NCBI GenBank assembly: GCA_030059675.1
Contig: JANVYQ010000014.1
Span: 1-28,664 of the forward strand
Source of the DNA: Candidatus Pelearchaeum maunauluense
GTDB lineage: Archaea > Thermoproteota > Nitrososphaeria_A > Caldarchaeales > Caldarchaeaceae
Length of the DNA stretch: 28,664 nt
Direction of reading: 5' to 3'
Part shown: in pieces, positions 1 through 9,726 of the stretch
How the letters are laid out: each line of letters starts with the position of its first letter
How positions within the stretch are numbered: position 1 is the stretch's first letter
The notes under the pieces: model-generated
What the model was told of the DNA's origin: nothing
Seen by the model: the letters and a program-made list of their open reading frames with translations, nothing else
Database searches by the model: none
Position numbers and translations under genes: made by a program

Positions 1-1
1 T

Positions 2-55
2 AGGCTTTGGAATGATGTGAAGGTTGAGATTGAGGTTGTTGCGTTGGTACCCTGA
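2..55 (+). CDS. RidA/YjgF/UK114 family protein, C-terminal fragment (cut by window edge)
   Basis: Manual translation RLWNDVKVEIEVVALVP* matches the Rid-family C-terminal VEIE motif. Confidence 0.65.
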   Translation, partial: RLWNDVKVEIEVVALVP

Positions 56-91
56 GAAAATTTATCCGCAGCCGTTGATGATCCTCAAATC

Positions 92-1360
92 ATGAGCACA
101 GCTAGGGATGCTGTCATAGGGTTTATTGAGAAGAATCGCGGCGAGGTTATCGCCTTTCTTAGGCGCTTGGTTTCGTTCCCCAGCGTTACTGGTGATGAGG
201 GTGGTGTCCAGGGGTTTTTGGCTGATTATCTGCGGAGCGAGCTGGGGCTGTTTGTGGATGTTTGGGAGCCTAGCTTGGAGGAGCTTCGCAGGCATCCTGG
301 GTTTGTCCCCGTTGAGCGGGATTATTCGGGCAGGCCTAATGTTGTTGGTGTTTATCGCGGCTCTGGGCGAGGTAGGTCGCTCCTGTTCAACGGGCATGTG
401 GATGTCATACCTCCTGGGCCTGAAGATGCGTGGGTTTATCCTCCCTGGTCTGGTGAGGTTAGCGAGGGTAGACTCTATGGCCGTGGCTCTTCAGACATGA
501 AGGCGGGGCTGGCAGCATATACTATGGCTATGGCTGCAATAATCAAGTCGGGCATCAGGCTGAAGGGTGATGTAATCCTTGAGTATACGGTTGATGAGGA
601 GCTTAGCGGTAATGGGACCCTCGCGGCAATATTGCGCGGCTATAGGGCTGATGCTGGGATAAGCGCCGAGACGAGTAGTATGAAGATACAGCCAGCGTGT
701 ATTGGGAGGATTTGGTTTGAGATTGACGTCCGCGGTAAGCCTGCTGGTATTCAGCGGAGGTGGGAGGGGGTTAACGCGATTCATAAGGGGTACAGGATAG
801 TTAAGGCTGTGGAGGATTTTGAGGAGATTAGGCTGAGTGAGGTAAGTCATCCCCTATATCCAGACATACGCGAAGCTATTCCGTGCATGGTTGGGGTCTT
901 TGAAGCTGGCTCTTATCCCAGCGCTTTTCCCGATAGTTGTAAGCTAAAGGGGAGTATAGCGACAGTCCCAGGCGAGGATTCTGATGAAGTAAAGCGGAGG
1001 TTCCGCGAGCATATAGCTGGTGTAGCTGCAACAGACCCCTGGATGAGAAACCACCCGCCAGAAGTTAGGTTTACTGGTTATTTTGCCGAGCCTTCGGAGA
1101 TACCTGTAAGCCACCCAATAGTCAAGACCCTCTCAGACGCGTATAGGGAGGTTGTGAAGCAGGAGCCAGTGATAAGCGGCCGCCTCGGAGCGGCTGATAC
1201 CAGGTTTCTCAATAAGTATGGAGGTACGCCTACGGTGATTTTCGGGCCTGGGCTTACCGAACAGATGCACGCGATTAACGAGCATGTTATGGTTGATGAC
1301 TTGATAACCGCTACCAAGATAATGGCTTTAGCTATTTTAGACTGGTGTGGCTATGAGTAG
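92..1360 (+). CDS. M20 family ArgE/DapE-like deacylase / peptidase
   Basis: Metal-ligand motifs NGHVDV, GRGSSDMKAG, VDEE, and GPG...HAINE near the C-terminus; 422 aa. Confidence 0.9.
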   Translation: MSTARDAVIGFIEKNRGEVIAFLRRLVSFPSVTGDEGGVQGFLADYLRSELGLFVDVWEPSLEELRRHPGFVPVERDYSGRPNVVGVYRGSGRGRSLLFNGHVDVIPPGPEDAWVYPPWSGEVSEGRLYGRGSSDMKAGLAAYTMAMAAIIKSGIRLKGDVILEYTVDEELSGNGTLAAILRGYRADAGISAETSSMKIQPACIGRIWFEIDVRGKPAGIQRRWEGVNAIHKGYRIVKAVEDFEEIRLSEVSHPLYPDIREAIPCMVGVFEAGSYPSAFPDSCKLKGSIATVPGEDSDEVKRRFREHIAGVAATDPWMRNHPPEVRFTGYFAEPSEIPVSHPIVKTLSDAYREVVKQEPVISGRLGAADTRFLNKYGGTPTVIFGPGLTEQMHAINEHVMVDDLITATKIMALAILDWCGYE

Positions 1361-1381
1361 CGCGAGGGTGGTGTTCAGGGT

Positions 1382-2332
1382 TTGGGGATTAGGTTTGGGG
1401 TTGCGTTGCAGAACTATGTCGCCGCTGGTGAGAGTATATCGTTCAGAGACTTGATAGATGCGGCGCGGCTTGCTGAGGAGCTGGGCTACAGCTCGGTGTG
1501 GGTGTGGGACCATTTAATACTCGGTAGCAGGCGCTTCTACCCGATACATGAGTCGCTGATTGTTCTGTCAGCCGTTGCTGCGCATACCGAGCAAGTGAAG
1601 CTTGGCACTGGTGTATTCCTCCTCGCTCTACGTAATCCTGTGGTTGTTGCCAAGCAGGTTGCGGCTCTAGACCATCTGAGTAATGGGCGCGTAGTTTTTG
1701 GTGTTGCCGCTGGGTGGTATGAGCGCGAGTTTAGGGCGTGTGGCGTACCATTCGGTAGGCGTGGCGAGGTACTGGAAACAAACGTTGAGATTCTCAAGAG
1801 GCTGTGGAGCGAGGAGAGCGTGAGCGGTAGGTACGGCTCTTACGAGTTTAGCAACGTTAGGCTGGAGCCGAAGCCTGTTCAGAAGCCTCACCCGCCTATA
1901 TGGATGGGTGGCTACGTGGAGAAGGCTCTCATGCGCATAGGCAGGATTGCGGATGGTTGGGTATCATATTTCTACACGCCTGAGAGCTTTAAGAAAGGGT
2001 GGGAGAAGATACTCAGCTATGCGCGGCAGAGCGGTAGGGATGTATCTAAGCTTTCAAACTGTGTTATGTTACCCGCGTTGTTGGCGAGGGATAGGCGCTC
2101 AGGGCTGGAGGCTGTTTCCAAGTTTGTTGAGAAGTACTGCGACCTACCGCCTTGGAGCGAGGCCTCGGTGGAGAGCGCTCTTACTGGCTCAGCCCGCGAG
2201 TGTGTTGAATATGCGGAGCAGTTCGCTAGGTCTGGTGCTGAGGAGCTTGTGCTGATGCCAGTCTTCAGCAACATATCCGAAATAAGGGAGAAGGTCAGAG
2301 AGCTGAGCGATAGCGTTATCCACTCCTTCTAA
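1382..2332 (+). CDS. LLM (luciferase-like) class oxidoreductase, probably F420/flavin dependent
   Basis: AEELGYSSVWVWDH, VKLGTGV, LDHLSNGR, GVAAGW..REF, PKPVQKPHPPIWMGG and ADGW motifs; TTG start with GGTGG/AGGG SD-like sequence upstream. Confidence 0.9.
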   Translation: MGIRFGVALQNYVAAGESISFRDLIDAARLAEELGYSSVWVWDHLILGSRRFYPIHESLIVLSAVAAHTEQVKLGTGVFLLALRNPVVVAKQVAALDHLSNGRVVFGVAAGWYEREFRACGVPFGRRGEVLETNVEILKRLWSEESVSGRYGSYEFSNVRLEPKPVQKPHPPIWMGGYVEKALMRIGRIADGWVSYFYTPESFKKGWEKILSYARQSGRDVSKLSNCVMLPALLARDRRSGLEAVSKFVEKYCDLPPWSEASVESALTGSARECVEYAEQFARSGAEELVLMPVFSNISEIREKVRELSDSVIHSF

Positions 2333-4691
2333 TCATCTCCCAAATCTTCTCAGGCCTGAGAGGAAGTGATGTTATCCTAACCCTATACTTCTTGAGAGCG
2401 TTCTCAACAGCGTTAGCTATTGTGGCTGGAACCCCCTCTATTGGCCCTTCCCCGACGCCTTTGACGCCCAGGGGGTTGTATGGTGATGGGGACTCATGTA
2501 GTTGAACAACTATCTGCGGTGCTTCCATGCTCGATGGTATGAGGTAATCCATGAACGTCGTAGCCTGGGGCTGGCCGTCGCTGTTGTAGGTGTTCTCCTC
2601 GTATAATACGCCGCCTATCCCTTGGACTACGCCGCCAGCAATCTGTCCCTCCACTATGAGGGGGTTGATAACTCTCCCACAGTCAGTTACTACCACGTAC
2701 TTCAAGACCTTGACCAGTCCAGTCTCGGCGTCAACCTCAACCACAGCTGCATGAGCAGAGTTGGAATAAGCCGCATACGTATTTCTCCCACCTCCAGGCT
2801 GGTCAATTGACTCTATATTGTCTGGGAAGAAGAAGGCTGTCTCCTCAAGTCCAGGTTCAACGGTAGGCGGAGGGGGCGATGGTTTGCATGAATAAACCAT
2901 GCTGGCTATCTCCTCTATGGATATGCGCTTAGACGGGCTATCCTCGCTCATTATAACTCCTCCAACGATTTTGAGCTTAGCTTCGTCCTCGCCTAGTGTT
3001 GATGCCGCTATTTTCAGTAGCTTTGTCTTTAGCTTCCGCGCTGCAAGTAGGGCTGCGTTTCCCGTTAGTATTGCGGTTCTGCTGGCCCAGCTTCCGAACC
3101 CGAATGGCGTAGCGCTAGTGTCGCCCTCAATAACCCGCACCTTGCTTATATCATCCAGCCCCAGCTCCTCCGCAACTACCTGCGCAACAAACGTCTCGTG
3201 GCCAGTTCCCAGGGGGGCTGAGCCCACCGATACAGTAACCTCGCCTGAAGGCTCAACCCTAACGCTCGCGCCCTCGTATCCCAGCATATACGCGCCAGGG
3301 TAGTGGGATGCCGTAGGCTCTATGGTGAGCGAAACACCTACTCCTAAAAGCTTATTCCCCTCGCCTGATGTTCTACTCACCTCATCATACCGTATAAGCT
3401 CAAGAGCCCTCATCAACACGGAGGGATAGTCGCCGCTATCGTATAGAGCGCCGCTGAAAGACCTGTAAGGAAGGTCCTCTGGCTGGATAATGTTCCTCAG
3501 ACGGACCTCTACTGGGCTTAATCCCAGCTCGTCAGCTATTATGTCAATCATCCTCTCAATCACGAAGTTCCCGGCGTCCTTCCCATACCCCCTATACGCC
3601 CCATACGGCGCTTTGTTTGTTGCAACCCCTATTATCCTGACGCGGCAGTTCCGTATTTTATAGCAGCCTGTTATCGTCTTGCCAGCTATGATTACCGAGC
3701 CTGGCCCGCATGTGGGTAGGTAGGCTCCCAGATTGGCTGTTATCACGTCATCAACAGCGAGTATGACGCCATCGTGCTTGACAGCCACTTTAATGTCGTG
3801 CACCTGCTCACGCGCCTGGTGCATGCTTATTAGATTCTCGCGCCTCTCCTCAACATACCTTACTGGCACGCCAAACCTCATAGCCGCGAGCGGGACCAGC
3901 ACCTCCTCATGGTAGGTTGGCTGCTTCGGCCCGAAGCCGCCGCCCAGAGCTGGGACTGAGACCCTGACATAGTTCTCTGGTATGTTTAGCGTTCTTGCGA
4001 TAACCGTTCTGGTCTGGTGTGGTTGTTGGGTCGCAGCCCACACGTCCAGATAAGGTGGGCTGTAGCTGGCTATGTAGCAGCGTGTCTCTATAGGAGCGCC
4101 GCAATACCTATGGCTGCTTATCCTCTCCTCAAACACGTGGTCTGCCTGTCTAAATGCTGACTCAACATCACCGCCCTCCAGCGTGTATTCCAACATTATG
4201 TTATTTCCCCACTCCTCATAAATGAGCGGCGAGCTGGGGTTTAGGGCGTCGTCAATTGAGACGACCGGCTTAATCGGCTCGTAATCAACCACTATGCTCT
4301 CTAGGGCATCTTTGGCTGATGCTTCATCAACGGCTACAACAGCCGCTACCGGCTCTCCTACATACCGAACCTTATCAACAGCCAAGCAATACACACTGGT
4401 AGTTTTCATGCCCTTGGCAGTCCACCACACATAAATCGGGTTGGCAAGCCTCCTAACCTCCTCGCCGGTCAGTACCCCAATTACGCCTCTATGCCTCAAA
4501 GCATCAGAGGTGTCTATCTCCTTTATGTAAGCATGGGCGAAGCTGCTGCGAAGTATAGCCATGTAACATAGGTTGGGGAGCTTCACATCGCTCACAAACT
4601 TCGCTGAGCCTGTTATGAATCGCGGGTCTTCTAGGCGCTTTATAGCCCTGCCAACAAACCGTGTTTCCTCCAGCTCTTTCTGCGCAAGCAT
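2316..4691 (-). CDS. Xanthine dehydrogenase / CoxL-CutA family molybdopterin-binding large subunit
   Basis: RLEDPRFITG, GGGFGPK, active-site loop AYRGYG, DCGRVINPLIVEGQIAGG and KGVGE motifs. ATG at 4691 preferred; the ORF extends to TTG 4715. Confidence 0.9.
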   Translation of the reverse strand: MLAQKELEETRFVGRAIKRLEDPRFITGSAKFVSDVKLPNLCYMAILRSSFAHAYIKEIDTSDALRHRGVIGVLTGEEVRRLANPIYVWWTAKGMKTTSVYCLAVDKVRYVGEPVAAVVAVDEASAKDALESIVVDYEPIKPVVSIDDALNPSSPLIYEEWGNNIMLEYTLEGGDVESAFRQADHVFEERISSHRYCGAPIETRCYIASYSPPYLDVWAATQQPHQTRTVIARTLNIPENYVRVSVPALGGGFGPKQPTYHEEVLVPLAAMRFGVPVRYVEERRENLISMHQAREQVHDIKVAVKHDGVILAVDDVITANLGAYLPTCGPGSVIIAGKTITGCYKIRNCRVRIIGVATNKAPYGAYRGYGKDAGNFVIERMIDIIADELGLSPVEVRLRNIIQPEDLPYRSFSGALYDSGDYPSVLMRALELIRYDEVSRTSGEGNKLLGVGVSLTIEPTASHYPGAYMLGYEGASVRVEPSGEVTVSVGSAPLGTGHETFVAQVVAEELGLDDISKVRVIEGDTSATPFGFGSWASRTAILTGNAALLAARKLKTKLLKIAASTLGEDEAKLKIVGGVIMSEDSPSKRISIEEIASMVYSCKPSPPPPTVEPGLEETAFFFPDNIESIDQPGGGRNTYAAYSNSAHAAVVEVDAETGLVKVLKYVVVTDCGRVINPLIVEGQIAGGVVQGIGGVLYEENTYNSDGQPQATTFMDYLIPSSMEAPQIVVQLHESPSPYNPLGVKGVGEGPIEGVPATIANAVENALKKYRVRITSLPLRPEKIWEMIRRSG

Positions 4692-4734
4692 CCTAAAACC
4701 ACGCATACAGCCCAACTATAACAAATTATCTGTT

Positions 4735-5511
4735 TCACCGCAGCATGACTCTATCAGGGTCTATGCTGCGGAGTATCTTTAACTCCTCATCGGTTGGTGG
4801 CTCTACCTCTCTAACCTCGTCAGGTATTATAGGCTTGAAACCCATGTTATCCAAAACCTCTTCTATCCTTACTCCACGATAAACCGCCTCAACCTTCATA
4901 GCCTTGCTCTCTTCATCAAAGCCCATTATAGCTAGGTCTGTAACGACCTTGTATGGTCCTCCGAAGATTAGCCCAGCTTCCCGCCTAGTGTTTCCGCCGC
5001 TGAGATAGCCTGGGCTTGTTATGAAGTCCACACGCTCAACGAAGCGCCGCTTCTCATGGAACGTGGATACTATAACTCTGGAGCAGGTAGATGCTATATC
5101 GTTTGCCCCGCCGCTTCCAGGTAAGCGAACCCTCGGCTTCTCATAATCACCTATAACCGATGTGTTTATGTTTCCATACTTATCTATCTGCGCAGCGCCC
5201 AGTATTCCATAATCAATATACCCGCGCTGCTGGTAGAAGAAGACATCATCTATGCTGGGGAGCATCACAGCCTTCCTAGCTGCTCTCACCTCGTTTGTTG
5301 AGAGAGGAAGCATCCCTGGCTTGATTTCAGGCGCTATTACACCGCCCTCAAATATTATCGTTATACTAGGCGCGTGGAGGCGCTGCGCGAGAGCGGCTGC
5401 CAGCATAGGGAGGCCAACACCCACGAAGATTGTTTTACCATCCTCAAGCATCCGCGCCGTCATAACCGTCAGTAGCTCTGAGCGTGTGTAATTCCTCTCA
5501 TGTAACAACAT
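4735..5511 (-). CDS. CoA-transferase beta subunit (glutaconate/3-oxoadipate GctB-type)
   Basis: FVGVGLP, FEGG (catalytic Glu position), GAAQIDKYGNINTS, RLPGSGGANDIAS, VDFITSPG. Confidence 0.88.
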   Translation of the reverse strand: MLLHERNYTRSELLTVMTARMLEDGKTIFVGVGLPMLAAALAQRLHAPSITIIFEGGVIAPEIKPGMLPLSTNEVRAARKAVMLPSIDDVFFYQQRGYIDYGILGAAQIDKYGNINTSVIGDYEKPRVRLPGSGGANDIASTCSRVIVSTFHEKRRFVERVDFITSPGYLSGGNTRREAGLIFGGPYKVVTDLAIMGFDEESKAMKVEAVYRGVRIEEVLDNMGFKPIIPDEVREVEPPTDEELKILRSIDPDRVMLR

Positions 5512-6469
5512 TCCTAAACGCCCTCACCCTATCAAGGAGCTGTTCAATCCCAACCTTTGAGAGAAACTCCATAAACGAAGACACGCCCATGATGTTTTCG
5601 GAAACATAGCTCTTGGCGCCTTCAATCCCCTTTTCATCCACGCGTTTCTGGTAGCTGGCTATGTGGCTGAAGTCGGCCTCGTATCTCCCCCAGCATTCTG
5701 AGGGATACGCGCCGAAGGGTTGCTCAACAACGGCATCAACGCAGAAGAAGGGTATCACCGTCCTCTCCGCTGAACGCCTAATCTCATCGCTATCAACAAC
5801 CTCCTCAACAGTTGCTATAACATGCCTAGCAGCCTGAGCCATATCCTTATCCATATGCGTATAGCCGTCAATTTGAATGTTACCATAAGTATCTGCCCTA
5901 CTGGCATGTATTATTGCCACATCAGGATAGAGAGCAGGAACTAAAGCGAGCTTCTCCCCAGAGTAGGGGCATGTCATCTCAGCGATTCCCAGCTTCTCCA
6001 TAATGCTTGAGCCCAGCATGGAGAATGTAGGTAGGAAAGGCACGCCCATAGCTGCTGCCTTGAGCCTAAGCCCTATACCAAGATGGCTCCACTCTTCAAA
6101 CTCAGCAAGCGCATTCTCCACATAGTGGCGGAGAATCCTGGACATACCCCACGCATAGCCTGGGCTGCACCAGCTTGTGACGAGGCGCTTGAGACAGCCT
6201 GAGACGAGGAGCAGGTCCGTTTCAAAGCCTGCTAGGTTTCTGACGATAGTCAGCTCCCTAAACCCCTGTCTGATTATCTCATGCACGGCCGCCATGGGTG
6301 TTCTTGAGTAGAGGCATCCACCTAAAGCAACTACTGCGCCGTTCCTCAGGAACTTCTTAACCGCCTCGTCAAGGCTCATCAACTTGGGGGTAGGAGACTT
6401 ATCTCTACGCTCAGCCCAATACCTAAACGCTCTCACATCCACGTTCCAGCGCATACAACAATCCCACAA
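5498..6469 (-). CDS. CoA-transferase alpha subunit (GctA-type)
   Basis: KLMSLDEAV, RLKAAAMGVPFLP, PDVAIIHASRADTYGN, PFGAYPSEC; overlaps the beta gene as an operon. Start may be ATG 6454. Confidence 0.88.
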   Translation of the reverse strand: MWDCCMRWNVDVRAFRYWAERRDKSPTPKLMSLDEAVKKFLRNGAVVALGGCLYSRTPMAAVHEIIRQGFRELTIVRNLAGFETDLLLVSGCLKRLVTSWCSPGYAWGMSRILRHYVENALAEFEEWSHLGIGLRLKAAAMGVPFLPTFSMLGSSIMEKLGIAEMTCPYSGEKLALVPALYPDVAIIHASRADTYGNIQIDGYTHMDKDMAQAARHVIATVEEVVDSDEIRRSAERTVIPFFCVDAVVEQPFGAYPSECWGRYEADFSHIASYQKRVDEKGIEGAKSYVSENIMGVSSFMEFLSKVGIEQLLDRVRAFRNVVT

Positions 6470-6540
6470 AGCTCCCTGAATAAAATAATAAAATTTTCAT
6501 CGTATAGAAGAAAATAGTTGGTTAAGAATGATAGATGTAG

Positions 6541-6897
6541 CTACTCTTGGCTTGAAGATTTTTCTACCTCCGCGTCTCCTGCCCCTCTTGCTAGTCGTCT
6601 TCTCCTCTTCTTAGGCTCCTCTGATGGAGCTTCCTCTGGTTGAGGCGGCTGTTGCTGCGGTGGTGCGGCCTCCTCTACTTTCTCAGGCCTAAGCGACTCC
6701 ACAAACTGCCTAAGAGCCTCAACGTTCCACTCATGAACACTCCGCCTCCTTTTGTCTATCCTAATCCCCAGCTTACGCGCCTGCTGTAAAGAAATCCCGG
6801 CCCTGCTCAGCTCGCCTACCGAAAAGCCCCTACCCTCACGCCTCTTTGAAAGCCTAGGAGCTATAACCACTGGTGAAACACTCGCCCCGCCGGCCAT
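6541..6897 (-). CDS. rpl13e: 50S ribosomal protein L13e with low-complexity C-terminal extension
   Basis: [13 protein letters not shown]....[22 protein letters not shown] is the L13e core. Confidence 0.9.
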   Translation of the reverse strand: MAGGASVSPVVIAPRLSKRREGRGFSVGELSRAGISLQQARKLGIRIDKRRRSVHEWNVEALRQFVESLRPEKVEEAAPPQQQPPQPEEAPSEEPKKRRRRLARGAGDAEVEKSSSQE

Positions 6898-6966
6898 GCT
6901 TTACGATGGAATAACCAGCCATAAAATAAACCTCAATAAGGGAGCATAAGACATAACACTACTCAG

Positions 6967-7995
6967 ATGGGGGTTCTCCTCACACCTATCATACTGAAGA
7001 GAGAGCTTACACTAGACTCCCTAAGAGGCCTTAGCTTTGCAGTTGACGCAAACAACTATCTATACCAGTTCCTCGCGCTCGTCCGCAAGCCCGATGGCTC
7101 TCCCTTAACCGACATGCGTGGGAACATCACCTCACACCTCGCTGGCCTAGCCTTCAGAACAACCAGGCTAATCCACGACTACGGGTTAAGGCTGGTCTTC
7201 GTCTTTGACGGAAAACCACCAGAACTGAAGCGAGACGAGCTTGAGAAAAGAAGACTACAAAAGAAGAAAGCCGAAGAGGAGTGGATACGCGCCCTATCCC
7301 TAGGCGACTACGCCGCAGCATTCTCGAAAGCCGTGATGACAGGCCGTTTAACAGAAGCGATGATACATGACGCAAAGAAGCTACTGGAGCTGCTCGGGAT
7401 ACCCTATATACAGGCGGCAGGGGAGGCAGAAGCTCAATGCGCCTACATGGCTATACGTGGCGATGTCTGGGCTGCAAGCAGCAAAGACTACGACTCACTA
7501 GTCTTCGGAGCGCCGAGGCTAGTGCGCTACCTAACCATACACGGCAAAGAATGGCTACCCAGCAAAGGAAAGGCCAGGCCCCTAAAGCCAGAGCTCATAG
7601 AGCTGGAAAAACTACTAGCCCATCACAGCATAACACGCGAGCAGCTAATCGACATAGCCATACTAATAGGAACAGACTTTAACGAGGGGATTAGAGGGAT
7701 AGGGCCTAAAAAGGCTCTGAGCCTCATAAAACGGTACGGAAAGATAGAGGCTCTGCCCAGCCAGCTACGCGGCCAGCTAGAAGAACAAAACTACGGCGCT
7801 ATACGGCGTATCTACCTGGAGCCGCAAATAGTTGATAACTACGCCATAAACTACACGAAGATAGATGAGGCGGGAGTGTATCGATTCTTATGTGATGAGA
7901 GGGACTTCTCATATGATAGGGTAAAAGTTGTCGTGGAACGTATGAAGCTGTTTTACCAGGCTTTGGATAGGCAGGAAAAGCTGGGCTGGGAATAA
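6967..7995 (+). CDS. fen: Flap endonuclease 1
   Basis: MGV start, AVDANNYLYQFL, TSHLAG, VFVFDGKPPELK, EAEAQ, SKDYDSLVFGAP, LIGTDFNEGIRGIGPKKA (H3TH). Confidence 0.95.
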   Translation: MGVLLTPIILKRELTLDSLRGLSFAVDANNYLYQFLALVRKPDGSPLTDMRGNITSHLAGLAFRTTRLIHDYGLRLVFVFDGKPPELKRDELEKRRLQKKKAEEEWIRALSLGDYAAAFSKAVMTGRLTEAMIHDAKKLLELLGIPYIQAAGEAEAQCAYMAIRGDVWAASSKDYDSLVFGAPRLVRYLTIHGKEWLPSKGKARPLKPELIELEKLLAHHSITREQLIDIAILIGTDFNEGIRGIGPKKALSLIKRYGKIEALPSQLRGQLEEQNYGAIRRIYLEPQIVDNYAINYTKIDEAGVYRFLCDERDFSYDRVKVVVERMKLFYQALDRQEKLGWE

Positions 7996-7997
7996 AA

Positions 7998-8851
7998 TTA
8001 GGTTGGTGGGGGAGGCGGTGGTAGTGGAGAAATCTTAGGCTTTCTCAAGGCCATTACAATAGTGGTCACTAGGAATAGCGCCGTGGTTCCTAGGAATATC
8101 CATCTCTGCATCTCAAGCTGAGATGCGGCAGCCCCCCGCTTCAAGCTGCTGAGACAATTCCCGATTCTCCTGACTGAGACTACTCACCTTACTCTGAGCC
8201 TCCTGTAAGTCTTTCTTCAGCCTCTCATTATCTTGAGAAAGCTTCTCCTCCTGAGACCTTAATTCGCTATTCTCAGACTGGAGAGAATCCACAGTCCTCC
8301 TCATCTCATCCAACTGATTACTAAGCTCATTAACACGAGCATCAGCGGCCTGCAACTGTTCATTCAACTTCTGATTCTCCCTATCCAGCGTGTCAAACGC
8401 TACCACGACATTCATAAGTTGCCGCGCTCAAATAGAAAGAAAATCGTTTGCAGTTCATTCAAATACACATTTATGGTCCATACACCCTTTGGAGTGTCCT
8501 CGTCCATGTCTATCCAGCCCCATGCAGTGTAGCTGCTAAACACTGCGTTTTCTATCTCTTCTATTGAGGCTGTTTGGAATACCTTTTCATCAGGTTCGGG
8601 CCATTCAAAAGCTAGTGTAAATGGCCTGGAACGTTGGCTAGCTTAACTAGAAGATATGCCTGTGGATTTGTTGATGTGAAGAAGCCTACGTCTTCTTCTT
8701 GAAACTTTACGGTGGGGTCGCCGTATATGTTGCCTGCATCGTCCACATAAACTGCAAACCTGTAAGAACTTACCTCAGCTTCCTGTCCTGTAGTGGTAAG
8801 CGACGCTACTAATAGTGAAAGAAACACAAAAACTATTATTCGTGTTCTCAT
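7998..8851 (-). pseudogene. Frameshifted cell-surface protein: signal peptide, beta-rich domain, coiled coil, C-terminal TM anchor
   Basis: ORFs 8612-8851 and 8113-8415 are linked by an intermediate frame (FTLAFEW...WIDMDEDTPKGVWTINVYL). A further frame after the C6 run at 8132-8137 gives AAASQLEMQRWIFLGTTALFLVTTIVMALRKPKISPLPPPPPPT* ending at 7998. Confidence 0.7.
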
Positions 8852-9029
8852 TTCTTATGCTCCGCACAGTTATAGAATATATTATAGGTGTTTGCTCCTT
8901 TTTCACGTATCCGCGCCGTATAATATGGTGAAAATATAAGAAAATTAACTTAATTAGCTATCCTAACTACCACTATACACCTGAGGTTGGTCGTTTGACC
9001 TTTTCACGGAGAAGCGCATCGCACTCGTT

Positions 9030-9661
9030 TTGGTTGGGCCTACAATCATAAGCCTCGGTTTAAGCTCTCTATGGTTTGGGGCGCTATACAACATTACTGG
9101 AAGCCAAGCTCTGGCCTTGAGCTATTCCATAGAGCTGATGCCCATACTGGTTTTAATTCCTCTAGAGCTATCATTCCTCTACATAATCGCACGCTGGTTT
9201 AATGAAGAAGAGAACAAGAGCATCCGCGAGTTAGTACTTGATAGCGGTGTAGCGTTAGGCGATGTAATAGTTGGGTTTGTTGTTTCTTGGCATATCTAGC
9301 TTTACAGGCTACTTATGCTCTCGTTGGTATAGGAATAGCTGCACCACGTATGAGCATGTTGGGTGGGGCTATCTGGGAGGTTGGCGCTATTACGATAGCT
9401 CCCATCACTGAAGAAGTAATGTGGCGCGGCTACGCCCTAGGAAGGCTGCCTAAGGTGTATAACTATCACTGGAGAGCCATATTCATAACTGCCCTCTCAT
9501 GGGCCTTATTCCACGGCCCAAACATCCATCTAATCGCCATAACCTTCGCGGCGGGAATTATAGCTGGCTACGTCTACCTCCGAAACCATCGGCTCATACA
9601 AGTAATAATGGCGCACCTATTCATCAATATCTGGAACTGGTCAGCATATCTGCTGAGTTGA
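9030..9661 (+). pseudogene. CPBP (CAAX protease / Abi) intramembrane metalloprotease, split by one frameshift
   Basis: The downstream part has EEVMWRG, ALFH and AHLFIN motifs. The upstream hydrophobic ORF joins it if one T is added at about 9283-9285. Confidence 0.75.
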
Positions 9662-9726
9662 TTCTAATCTTAAGGTAAATTATCTCTTTAATGTATTTGG
9701 AGAAATATAAAATACTGGCTTATAAT

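Noticed and set aside
2316-4691. Aerobic CO dehydrogenase call
   Set aside because: Lacks the AYxCSFR Cu-binding loop, and no coxS/coxM or accessory genes are adjacent.
8852-9029. AT-rich intergenic tract as a replication origin or mobile-element end
   Set aside because: No ORB-like motif, terminal inverted repeats or initiator/transposase gene; divergent promoters explain it.
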